A stretch of DNA of 64,000 bases from an uncultured Acidimicrobiales bacterium (lineage in GTDB: Bacteria > Actinomycetota > Acidimicrobiia > Acidimicrobiales > DATKAS01), in contig CAVSDE010000002.1 in assembly GCA_963726695.1 (NCBI GenBank), forward strand, positions 2,003 to 66,002, written 5' to 3'. Of this stretch, positions 47,818-56,170 are shown piece by piece. How positions within the stretch are numbered: the first letter of the stretch is position 1; each line of letters opens with the position of its first letter. A model generated the notes under the pieces. The model was not told the DNA's origin and did no database searches. It was given only the letters and a program-made list of their open reading frames with translations. A program made the position numbers and the translations under genes.

Positions 47818-48347
47818 CCTTGGCCGGAGAGATCCTCATCGTCACCGGGCCGCCCGGCGCGGGGAAGTCGACCATGGCGCGGACCTTGGTCGAGCAGCTC
47901 GACCTGGCGGTGTTGCTTCAGGGCGACTGGTACTTCGCACGCATCGTGCGCGGATGGATCGAGCCGTGGACGACGCCATCGCAGCACCAGAACACAGTCG
48001 TGACGCGAGCCATCGCGGCGTCGGCGCGCGAATACGCGCTCGGTGGATACGCCGTCGTCGTCGAGGGAATCGTCGGTCCGTGGTTCCTCGACACGTTCGT
48101 TCCCGCAGTCGGAGAGGTGGCCGTCCACTACGTCGTGATCCGACCGACGGCGGAGACCGCGATGGCGCGCGCCCTGGCGCGGGAGGCGCCGGCCCTCGTC
48201 GATCCCGAGCCGGTCTCCCACATGTATCGGGCGTTCGAGGCGCTCGGACCGCACGAGCACCACGTGATCGACACGAGCGGGCAGGACGTCGACGACACCG
48301 TGGTCGAAGTCCTCGCTCGGCTCGAGGCCGGGAGCCTGCGCCTGTAG
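47814..48347 (+). CDS. P-loop kinase-like protein (AAA / small-molecule kinase fold)
   Basis: GTG overlaps the methyltransferase TGA. Walker A VTGPPGAGKST. 177 aa. Confidence 0.65.
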   Translation: MTLAGEILIVTGPPGAGKSTMARTLVEQLDLAVLLQGDWYFARIVRGWIEPWTTPSQHQNTVVTRAIAASAREYALGGYAVVVEGIVGPWFLDTFVPAVGEVAVHYVVIRPTAETAMARALAREAPALVDPEPVSHMYRAFEALGPHEHHVIDTSGQDVDDTVVEVLARLEAGSLRL

Positions 48348-48415
48348 CCCAGCTTCTTGCACTGCTCTCACACGAGGTTGCGGCCGTTCTTGCAGTCGAC
48401 GCTCACATTGTGCCC

Positions 48416-48688
48416 ATGGAAGACACACCCCGAGCCGTGAAGCGCCGCCGACCCCATCCCGCGCGCCGAGCGCGCCGCGTCACCGCTGCGGCGAGCGCCG
48501 CCGCGTTCGCCGCGATGACCGCGGCGATGGCTCTTCCGGCAACGGCGACAGCCACGGATACCGCGTCCATTACAGCGACGACCGCAACGACGACCGCGAC
48601 GACCGATTCGTCGTGGGCGGCCACGACGCCAGTGACGACGCCGGTGACGACGTCAGCCGCCGCCCACACGCAGACGCAGGGCAGCTGA
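48416..48688 (+). CDS. Small exported Thr/Ala-rich protein (90 aa)
   Basis: Arg-rich N-region and hydrophobic AAASAAAFAAMTAAMALPATATA, then a Thr-rich tail. The stop overlaps the ATG of the next gene. Confidence 0.4.
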   Translation: MEDTPRAVKRRRPHPARRARRVTAAASAAAFAAMTAAMALPATATATDTASITATTATTTATTDSSWAATTPVTTPVTTSAAAHTQTQGS

Positions 48689-49242
48689 TGGCACAGCTCT
48701 GGTGGTACGTGGCACGCGCCAGTGGCATCGTCGCCTGGGCACTGCTCACCGCGTCGGTGCTGTGGGGCCTCTCGCTCTCGACAAAGGTCCGGCCTCCGCG
48801 CGTCAGGCCGGCGTGGATGCTCGACCTCCACCGCTTCCTCGGTGGCGCGGCCACGATCTTCACGGCCCTCCACATCGGATCGATCTTCCTCGACTCGTAC
48901 GTGCATTTCGGGCCAGCCGAGATCCTGGTGCCGTTCGCGTCATCGTGGAAGCCCGCCGCGGTCGCACTCGGTGTGCTCTCGCTGTACCTCCTCCTGACTG
49001 TGGAGCTCACCTCGCTCGCGAAGCGACGTCTTCCGCATCGTGTGTGGCGCCGCATCCACGTGCTCTCCCTTCCCCTGTTCGCGCTCGCCACCCTCCACTT
49101 CGTCGCCGCCGGCACCGACGCTCGCGGCATGCTCGTGCTGAGCGCTGTGCTCGCCAGCACATTGGCTGTTGTCGCTCTGGTCGCTCTGAGGATCCGCCAG
49201 ACGGCGACCCCAGCTCGGGAGCTTGTGGCAGCCTCGCGTTGA
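48688..49242 (+). CDS. Ferric-reductase-like transmembrane (MsrQ/YedZ-type) protein, paralogue of 40567..41259
   Basis: MAQLWWYVARASGIVAWALL.., LHRFLGG..ALHIG, ELTSLAKRRLPHRVWRRIHVLS..TLHFV. Confidence 0.75.
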   Translation: MAQLWWYVARASGIVAWALLTASVLWGLSLSTKVRPPRVRPAWMLDLHRFLGGAATIFTALHIGSIFLDSYVHFGPAEILVPFASSWKPAAVALGVLSLYLLLTVELTSLAKRRLPHRVWRRIHVLSLPLFALATLHFVAAGTDARGMLVLSAVLASTLAVVALVALRIRQTATPARELVAASR

Positions 49243-50516
49243 TGAAGGTCGTGATCGTCGGCGGCGGCATCGGGGGATGTGCGCTCGCACTCAGCCTCCA
49301 CGGTGCGGGCATCACCGACGTCGACGTGTACGAAGCAGTGAGCGAGGTGCGCGAGCTGGGCGTCGGCGTGAACGTCCTGCCGCACGCCTCGCGCGAGCTC
49401 ACCGAGCTCGGTCTCGGCGACCAGCTCGCGGCAACGGCGATCTCGACTGCGGCACTCGTCTTCTTCAACCGGCACGGTCAGCGCGTCTTCGGTGAGGACC
49501 GTGGCCTCGCAGCCGGCTACCGGTGGCCCCAGTACTCGATCCACCGTGGCGAGCTGCTCGGCATTCTGTACCGCGCAGTGTGCGACCGTCTCGGAGCGGA
49601 GCGATACCACTCGGGCCACGCGGCCGTGCGTGTCGGTGGCGATGGCGATGGCGCGTGGGCCGACCTCGAGCACCGGGGCACGCATGCCCCACTCGGTCGC
49701 GCCGCGGGTGATGTCGTCGTCGCGTGCGACGGGATCCACTCCGTCATACGGGCCCAGCTCCATCCCGATGAGGGGCCGCCGCTGTGGAACGGCATCACGA
49801 TGTGGAGAGCGGTCACCGAGCACGCGCCATTCTTCGACGGGCGCACGATGATGCTCGTCGGCCACATGCAACGGCGCATGGTCATCTACCCGATCTCGAA
49901 GCGTCACGCCGACGCCGGTCGCTCGCTCGTCAACTGGGTCGCGGAGATGAAGACCGCGGTCGGTCAGCCCATGCCGAGGCAGGACTGGGAGTTCACCGCC
50001 GACCCCGAGCTCGCGGCGAGCGCGTTCGCCGACTTCCGGTTCGACTGGCTCGACGTGCCTGCGCTGATCCACGGCGCCCACGAGGTGTTCCAGTATCCGA
50101 TGGTCGACCGCGACCCGCTGTCGCAGTGGACGTTCGGACGCATCACGCTCCTCGGCGACGCCGCCCATCCCATGTACCCCGTCGGCTCGAACGGCGCGTC
50201 ACAGGCGATCGTCGATGCCCGCGTGCTCGCGCACCATCTCGCGACCGCGCCTGACCCTGAGACGGGTCTCGCCCGCTACGAGGGAATGAGACGACCGCTC
50301 ACCTCCGAGATCGTGCTCGCGAACCGCAACGTCGGGCCTGAACGGATGATGGAGCTCGCGGAGCAACGCGCGCCCGACGGCTTCCGCGACATCCACGACG
50401 TCGTGTCCGAAGAGGAGATGCTCGAGATCTCGTCGTCGTACAAGCGCATGGCCGGCTTCGACGCCGCTGCCTTGAACGAACGACCGAGCTGGTCAGTGAG
50501 ACCGGCGAGCGCCTAG
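49242..50516 (+). CDS. FAD-dependent aromatic-ring monooxygenase (salicylate / 3-hydroxybenzoate hydroxylase-like)
   Basis: ATG overlaps the upstream TGA. Motifs VGGGIGGCALAL, ACDGIHSVIR, LLGDAAHPMYPVGSNGASQAI. 424 aa. Confidence 0.85.
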   Translation: MKVVIVGGGIGGCALALSLHGAGITDVDVYEAVSEVRELGVGVNVLPHASRELTELGLGDQLAATAISTAALVFFNRHGQRVFGEDRGLAAGYRWPQYSIHRGELLGILYRAVCDRLGAERYHSGHAAVRVGGDGDGAWADLEHRGTHAPLGRAAGDVVVACDGIHSVIRAQLHPDEGPPLWNGITMWRAVTEHAPFFDGRTMMLVGHMQRRMVIYPISKRHADAGRSLVNWVAEMKTAVGQPMPRQDWEFTADPELAASAFADFRFDWLDVPALIHGAHEVFQYPMVDRDPLSQWTFGRITLLGDAAHPMYPVGSNGASQAIVDARVLAHHLATAPDPETGLARYEGMRRPLTSEIVLANRNVGPERMMELAEQRAPDGFRDIHDVVSEEEMLEISSSYKRMAGFDAAALNERPSWSVRPASA

Positions 50517-50517
50517 C

Positions 50518-50545
50518 CCTCCTCCACCGTGTCCTCCTCCACCGT
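50518..50545. repeat. 13-bp direct repeat cctcctccaccgt, two copies separated by 2 nt
   Basis: Copies at 50518-50530 and 50533-50545, read directly, starting 2 nt after the monooxygenase stop. Confidence 0.8.
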
Positions 50546-50547
50546 TT

Positions 50548-50582
50548 GCGCGCCAGAGCGACGATGCGTCCGGCTGGCGCGC
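50548..50582. terminator. Stem-loop GCGCGCCAG-N17-CTGGCGCGC between convergent genes
   Basis: Perfect 9-bp GC-rich stem in the 72-nt spacer between 49242..50516 (+) and 50589..50930 (-). Confidence 0.45.
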
Positions 50583-50588
50583 AATCGG

Positions 50589-50930
50589 TCAGGTCCGATC
50601 GAGCTGGGCGAGCAGCCGGGGCGGGGCGCAGTAACGCCACGCTTCCACGAGCCGCTCCTCGAGATCGCCCTTGCTCACCTTCGCGAGCCGCACGATCACC
50701 ATCGGGTAGCCCTCGTAGTGCGGCGTGACCGCGTAGATCTTCGGGGATTCCTGCACGAGGGCAGCGCGCTCGTCGAAGTCCACCTTCACGACGATCGAGG
50801 CTCCATCGTCGAGTGCACGGGCGAAGATCTTGCCCTTCACGTACCACGCCGGCGTGCCCCAGCAGAGCTTCTCGGTCGCAGCCGGAAGGCCGAGCGCGAT
50901 CGCGCGCACAGCGTCAACTGAGACCGTCAT
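50589..50930 (-). CDS. MmcQ/YjbR family protein
   Basis: 113 aa. ALGLPAATEKLCWGTPAWYVKGKIFA, PHYEGYPMVIVRL. Confidence 0.75.
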   Translation of the reverse strand: MTVSVDAVRAIALGLPAATEKLCWGTPAWYVKGKIFARALDDGASIVVKVDFDERAALVQESPKIYAVTPHYEGYPMVIVRLAKVSKGDLEERLVEAWRYCAPPRLLAQLDRT

Positions 50931-51274
50931 CGCGGACGCTTGCGGGTGCGTTCCGCGTGCGCCTTGAACGACCCGAGCTGCTCGGACCAGAACGCCTCGA
51001 CCTGGTCGAGCCAGGCCTGGAGCGCGACGAGCGACTGCGGGCGCAACCGATACATCCGCAGCCGGGCGTCTTCATCAACGAGCTCGGCCTCGACGAGTCC
51101 GCTCTCGCGCAGCACTCGAAGGTGCCGGCTCATCGCGGGTCCGCTCATCCCGACGCTGGCGGCGAGCTCACCGGCCCGCTTCGGGCCTGACCCGAGGAGG
51201 TCGACGACCGCGCGACGGGTCGGGTCGGCAAGCGCGGCCAGCGTGACGTCGACAGGCGCAAGATCATTCGCCAC
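50927..51274 (-). CDS. ArsR/SmtB family transcriptional regulator
   Basis: ALADPTRRAVVDLLGSGPKRAGELAASVGMSGPAMSRHLRVLRESGLV. 4-nt overlap with the downstream YjbR gene. Confidence 0.85.
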   Translation of the reverse strand: MANDLAPVDVTLAALADPTRRAVVDLLGSGPKRAGELAASVGMSGPAMSRHLRVLRESGLVEAELVDEDARLRMYRLRPQSLVALQAWLDQVEAFWSEQLGSFKAHAERTRKRPR

Positions 51275-51297
51275 TGAACAAATAGATAACCACGTCG

Positions 51298-52380
51298 TTA
51301 CTGATTGTCAAGCGCTCCCGACAGGACCAGCGCTTCGATCGTCTCGATCGGACCCCAGGCCCCGTGCTCTGAGCTGCACAGCACGACCGTCGTGATGTCG
51401 GGCTTCGGGTAGTAGGCCACCTCGGCGCTCACGCCGACGTTGATGCCCTCCTTCCCCCACCACACGACCTCGCCGTCGTCGTTGACCTGCATACGGAACC
51501 CGAAGCCGTAGTGATGCATCGCGCCGGTCCTCGGCGAGCGGTACCACTCGACCTGGGGAGCGACCATGTCCTCGGCGAAGGGGCTCGGGAGCAGCGTGTG
51601 ATCGCGACACGTGCGGACGAACCTGATCAGGTCGCCGGCCGTGACGTGCGCGCCACCGTCGGGCGATCCGATCGGCGGATACGAGTAGATGTTCCGCTTC
51701 CAACCGGTGATGGCGCCGGCTTCGTCGCGCACCGGCTCACAAGGTTCGGCGATCCCCGCCACCACCTCGTCCATGCGGAAGAAGCCGCAGCGGGTCATTC
51801 CTGCGGGAGCGAAGACGTGAGATCGCACATAGTCGCGGTAGGTCGTGCCGGTCGCCTTCTCGATCATGAGGCCGAGAAGGATGAAGCCGACGTTGCAGTA
51901 CCGGCACGCCTCTCCCGGCGGGAAGTTGGGCGGCTTGAAGGCGAAGTCCGGCAGGTGATCGGCGGTCTCGATCTCGGAGTAGTTCGCCTTCTCGACGAAC
52001 AGGTCCTCATAGCGCTCTCCGGCCTCCTCATCCGCGTCGTCGGCGATGCCGGAGGTGTGGGTCAGGAGGTGGCGCACGGTGACGGCCGAGGAGATCGTGG
52101 TGCCCTCGAGGCCGACGTACTCGATCGCCGAGGTCTCGAGGTCGAATGCGCCCTGGCTCACGAGCTGCAGCGTGGCGACGGCGGTGAACGCCTTGGTGAT
52201 CGACGCGCAGTCGAAGCGCAGGTCTGCCGTCATCGGCTGGCGCCACGCTCGATTCGCCCACCCGTACGCACCCTCGAACACCGTCGAGGTGCCGCGAGCG
52301 AGGACGACGACACCAGACAGCTCGTCGTTCGCCGCGAGCCCGCGCAGGTGGTGATCGAGGTCGGTCAGTGCCTCGTTCAC
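51298..52380 (-). CDS. Serine hydrolase, beta-lactamase / PBP4* family
   Basis: SxxK motif in FDCASITKAFTAVA. 360 aa. Confidence 0.8.
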   Translation of the reverse strand: MNEALTDLDHHLRGLAANDELSGVVVLARGTSTVFEGAYGWANRAWRQPMTADLRFDCASITKAFTAVATLQLVSQGAFDLETSAIEYVGLEGTTISSAVTVRHLLTHTSGIADDADEEAGERYEDLFVEKANYSEIETADHLPDFAFKPPNFPPGEACRYCNVGFILLGLMIEKATGTTYRDYVRSHVFAPAGMTRCGFFRMDEVVAGIAEPCEPVRDEAGAITGWKRNIYSYPPIGSPDGGAHVTAGDLIRFVRTCRDHTLLPSPFAEDMVAPQVEWYRSPRTGAMHHYGFGFRMQVNDDGEVVWWGKEGINVGVSAEVAYYPKPDITTVVLCSSEHGAWGPIETIEALVLSGALDNQ

Positions 52381-52754
52381 GCGTCGAGCTCGGCGATCAG
52401 CTTCTTCGGCGCGATCGCCCGGTAGCTCTCCTCGACCCAGTCGCAGAGCACGTCGGCCGACGGGCGATCACTCGCTGAGAGCTGGATGTTGACCCAGCCG
52501 GCCTTGCCGAGGCCATAGCCGCTCGGCGTCGCGCAGTCGAGGCTCAACGCCTGCTCCTTCGAATCGGGAAGCTTGAGCGCGACGCCCGGCGTCGACGAAT
52601 CGAGGTCGCCCATGAAGACGAAGATCTTCTTGCCCACCTTCGCCACGTGATCTTCCTCCCAGGGCTGGTCTTCCCACGCTCCGGGGAGGTCGAGCGCGAA
52701 CTTCCGGATCGCCGCGTGCACCTTCTTCGCATCGGACTTCGGGCGGGCCATCAT
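52377..52754 (-). CDS. MmcQ/YjbR family protein (second copy)
   Basis: GGAGG precedes ATGATG at 52754. Motifs LDLPGAWEDQPWEEDHVAKVGKKIFVF, GYGLGKAGWVNI. Only the last 125 codons of ORF 52377..54938 are used. Confidence 0.75.
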   Translation of the reverse strand: MMARPKSDAKKVHAAIRKFALDLPGAWEDQPWEEDHVAKVGKKIFVFMGDLDSSTPGVALKLPDSKEQALSLDCATPSGYGLGKAGWVNIQLSASDRPSADVLCDWVEESYRAIAPKKLIAELDA

Positions 52755-53983
52755 GGACCTCCGGCCGAGTGTGCGCTCACCTTTCGGCCGAGCCGGATGA
52801 AAGGTTGCTCGATCCACCGATAGGACAGTGCCGAAACGACGATCGTCGCTGCGAGCCACACGGCGAAGGTGAGCGGCCGGTACGCCGTCGGCGAGATCGC
52901 CCGCAGCACGACTGCGTGCCAGAGGTACAGCGAGTAGCTGATCGCGCCCAGCCACACGAGCACAGCAGGGAATCGGAAGCGGCGAAGCAGCAGGCCGGCG
53001 CCGAATACGAGGTACGCGACGACGAACGTGAGCGACTCGGCGCGCCAGTTCGTGATCGCGCCGGTCGTGGGCTCGACGAAGGAGACCTCGCGCACCTTCT
53101 CGACGACGACGATCATGACGAGCGCGAAGCCGAAGACGGCTCCGCCCACCCAGCCCGGCAGCTGGCCCGAGGTCGAGCGATACAGCACGGTTCCGACGAA
53201 CATCGTCCCGAGCACGAGCAGCGCGAACCAGATCGGCTCGGGACGGTTCAGCACCAACGGCACGGCGAGCGCGGTGAGCACCCCGGCGAGCACGCGGCCG
53301 CCGGGGGAGCGCGCCAGCGTGACCGCGACGAGCACAGCGATCGCGGTGACTGCGATCACCACGGCTCGCGACGAGCCCGAGGGCGTCGTGACCGCGAGAG
53401 GTTTGAGCGAGTTGCCGACGGCCAACGCACCGCCGAAGAGAAGCAGCGACAACGCGACCGACCGACGATGCAGACCCGCGACGAAGAGCACCGAGACGAG
53501 CCCGTAGAAGACGAGCTCGTAGCCGAGCGTCCACGACTGGCCGAGGATCAACGGCTGACCGAGCAGATGCTGCGCCATCGTCGCGTTGGCCGCGAGGCCC
53601 TCGATCGGATGGGCCGTGAGCCCAGGTGCAAGCGGATACCGGTGGACGAGGTGCAGTGCGAGGGCCGCCGCGATCGCGGCGAGGTACGCGGGCAGCAGCC
53701 GGAACCCTCGACCGATCCAGAACTGACGCATCGACCCGCGCCGCTCGAGCGACGCGGGGATGATGAATCCGCTGCAGAGGAAGAAGATCATCACGCCGCA
53801 CTCGCCGACTCGGAACGTCTCGGTTGTGAAGCGCAGCGCCTGCGGCCACAGCCGTTCGGCGAAGTGCGTGGCCACCACCATCATCGCTGCGATGCCGCGC
53901 AACGCATCGAGGAATTCGAGACGTCCGCCTCGAGCTGCCGCGTCCGGCGCGGCGGGGACCGATGTCCGTGCGGTGACCGCCAC
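52751..53983 (-). CDS. Acyltransferase family 3 (membrane O-acyltransferase)
   Basis: LEFLDALRGIAAMMVVATHF and about 10 TM segments. 410 aa. The stop overlaps the YjbR ATG (ATGA). Confidence 0.85.
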   Translation of the reverse strand: MAVTARTSVPAAPDAAARGGRLEFLDALRGIAAMMVVATHFAERLWPQALRFTTETFRVGECGVMIFFLCSGFIIPASLERRGSMRQFWIGRGFRLLPAYLAAIAAALALHLVHRYPLAPGLTAHPIEGLAANATMAQHLLGQPLILGQSWTLGYELVFYGLVSVLFVAGLHRRSVALSLLLFGGALAVGNSLKPLAVTTPSGSSRAVVIAVTAIAVLVAVTLARSPGGRVLAGVLTALAVPLVLNRPEPIWFALLVLGTMFVGTVLYRSTSGQLPGWVGGAVFGFALVMIVVVEKVREVSFVEPTTGAITNWRAESLTFVVAYLVFGAGLLLRRFRFPAVLVWLGAISYSLYLWHAVVLRAISPTAYRPLTFAVWLAATIVVSALSYRWIEQPFIRLGRKVSAHSAGGP

Positions 53984-54017
53984 CGCGCCAGCGTAGGCGG
54001 GCCCCTAACGTGAGGCA

Positions 54018-55020
54018 GTGACCGACCGACCCCCCGCCATCCTCGTCGAGGGCGTCGTGAAACGCTTCGGCCGGGTCGAAGCGCTGTGTGGCATCGATCT
54101 CGCCGTCCCTGCCGGCACCGTGCTCGGGCTGCTCGGGCCCAACGGGGCGGGAAAGACGACCGCCGTGCGGATTCTCACGACGATCCTCGTACCCGACTCG
54201 GGGCATGCGAGCGTGCTCGGCATCGACGTCACGAGCGATCCCGAGCGCGTGCGCGAGTCGATCGGCCTCGCCGGCCAATACGCGGCCGTCGATGAGCACC
54301 TCACCGGACGGGAAAACCTCAAGCTCGTCGGACGCCTCACACATCAGCCGAAGAGGGAGCTCGGAGAACGCGCGGCCGAGCTGCTCGAGCAGTTCCGCCT
54401 CACGAAAGCAGCCGACCGACCGGTGCGCACCTACTCCGGCGGCATGCGGCGCCGTCTCGACCTCGCCGCCGCGCTCGTGCACCGCCCGACGGTCCTGTTC
54501 CTCGACGAGCCGACCTCGGGCCTCGACCCCCGGAGTCGCGTCGAGCTCTGGAAGGTCATCGGCGGCCTCGTGGCGAGTGGCACGACCTTGCTTCTGACGA
54601 CGCAGTACCTCGAGGAGGCCGACCGGCTCGCCGACCGCATCGCGGTCATCGATGGAGGGAAGGTGATCGCCGAAGGCACCGCCACCGAGCTCAAGGCGCG
54701 CTTCGGCGCGACGATCATTGACGTCGCGCTGCCAAGCCATGAGGCCGCGACGAGCGCGGCCGCTCTGCTGACGATGGTCGGTGCACCCGCGGTGAACGGA
54801 AACGATGTGGAGGTGACCGTCGAGGACGGTCAGCGGGCGCTGTTCGAAGCCGTTCGCCGCGCTTGATCGCCACGGGATCATGCCGCTCGGGATGAACGTG
54901 CGCGAACCCACGCTCGACGATGTCTTCCTGGCGCTCACCGGTCACCGAGCCGAGGCACAGCAGCCAACCGAAGAGGAGCCCGAAGTGGACCCGGTGCTCA
55001 TCGGAGAAGGGCGGGAGTGA
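54018..55020 (+). CDS. drrA: ABC transporter ATP-binding protein (DrrA-like), one frameshift near 54865
   Basis: GPNGAGKTT, YSGGMRRRLDLA and LFLDEPTSGLD. The conserved tail MNVREPTLDDVFLALTG lies in the next frame and ends at TGA 55018-55020, overlapping GTG 55017. Confidence 0.85.
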
Positions 55021-55829
55021 CCGTGACCACCGCCTCTGGGATCACCCCGGCTCCCCGCCGGCGAGCAAGCCTCGAACATGTCATCGGTGACTCGTTCGCC
55101 CTCGCCGGTCGGAACCTCACGGTGATCCGGCGAACACCTCAGCTTCTGGTGTTCACGGCCATCCAGCCGATCCTGTTCGTGTTGATGTTCACCTATGTGT
55201 TCGGCGGCGCGATCTCGGTGCCGGGCATCCCGTACGTCGACTATCTGATGCCGGGCGTGTTCGTGCAGGTCGTCACGTTCGGTGCCGTGAACACGGGCGT
55301 CGGCCTCGCCGAGGACCTCCACGCAGGCATCATCGAGCGGTTTCGGTCGCTTCCGATGGCCCGCTCTGCGGTGCTGACCGGACGCACCCTCGCCGACCTG
55401 GCGCGCAACGTCGTCGTCGTCCTGCTCATGGTCGTGGTCGGCTTCACCGTCGGCGCCCGCATTCACACGAACGTGTTCGCGTTCCTGGGCGCCCTTTGCA
55501 TCCTCTTGCTCTTCTCGTTCGCCCTCGCGTGGCTCTTCGTCATCGTCGGTCTCCGCGCGCCGAACGCCGAGACCGCTCAGGCGGCCTCATTCCCCATCCT
55601 CTTGCCCCTCGTGTTCGCGTCGTCCGCGTTCGTGCCCATCAGCACGATGCCAGGGTGGCTGCAAGTGTTCGCCAGCCATCAGCCCGTGACTGCAACGGTG
55701 AACACGGTGAGGGCCCTGACCATCGGAGGGCCCACTACGACCTACGTGCTCACGGCTCTGGCATGGTCGGTCGCCATGATCATCGCCTTCGGTCCCGCCG
55801 GAGTGCGCACCTATCGCAAGGCGAAGTAA
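55017..55829 (+). CDS. drrB: ABC-2 type transporter permease (DrrB-like)
   Basis: Six-TM ABC-2 pattern, 270 aa, translationally coupled to drrA. Confidence 0.8.
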   Translation: MTVTTASGITPAPRRRASLEHVIGDSFALAGRNLTVIRRTPQLLVFTAIQPILFVLMFTYVFGGAISVPGIPYVDYLMPGVFVQVVTFGAVNTGVGLAEDLHAGIIERFRSLPMARSAVLTGRTLADLARNVVVVLLMVVVGFTVGARIHTNVFAFLGALCILLLFSFALAWLFVIVGLRAPNAETAQAASFPILLPLVFASSAFVPISTMPGWLQVFASHQPVTATVNTVRALTIGGPTTTYVLTALAWSVAMIIAFGPAGVRTYRKAK

Positions 55830-55866
55830 CCGGCAGGCGTGAGGAGTTGGGCCTAGCCTGCCCGCG

Positions 55867-56163
55867 ATGGGCTGCCTGATCCTGTTGACGTCGATGATCT
55901 CGCCACGGCTGGCGCTCGTCCTGGTGTGGATCTTCACCGACTTCGTGGATCGGGCCTACGACTCGTTCATCGTGCCGTTCCTCGGCTTGCTCGTGCTGCC
56001 TTGGACGACGCTCATCTACTCGCTGGCCTACGCGCCGCGGGTCGGAGTCACCGGGTGGGGCTGGTTCTTCGTCCTCCTCGGCCTGCTCGCTGACCTCAGC
56101 AGCTACGGAGAGAACGCTCGCCGCAACCGCGAGCGAGTGCCGGGCTGGAACCAGACCTACTGA
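55867..56163 (+). CDS. Small integral membrane protein (98 aa, about 3 TM)
   Basis: Hydrophobic ORF RLALVLVWIFTDF.., LGLLVLPWTTLIYSLAY, GWGWFFVLLGLLADL. No family recognised. Confidence 0.45.
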   Translation: MGCLILLTSMISPRLALVLVWIFTDFVDRAYDSFIVPFLGLLVLPWTTLIYSLAYAPRVGVTGWGWFFVLLGLLADLSSYGENARRNRERVPGWNQTY

Positions 56164-56170
56164 GCCAACG

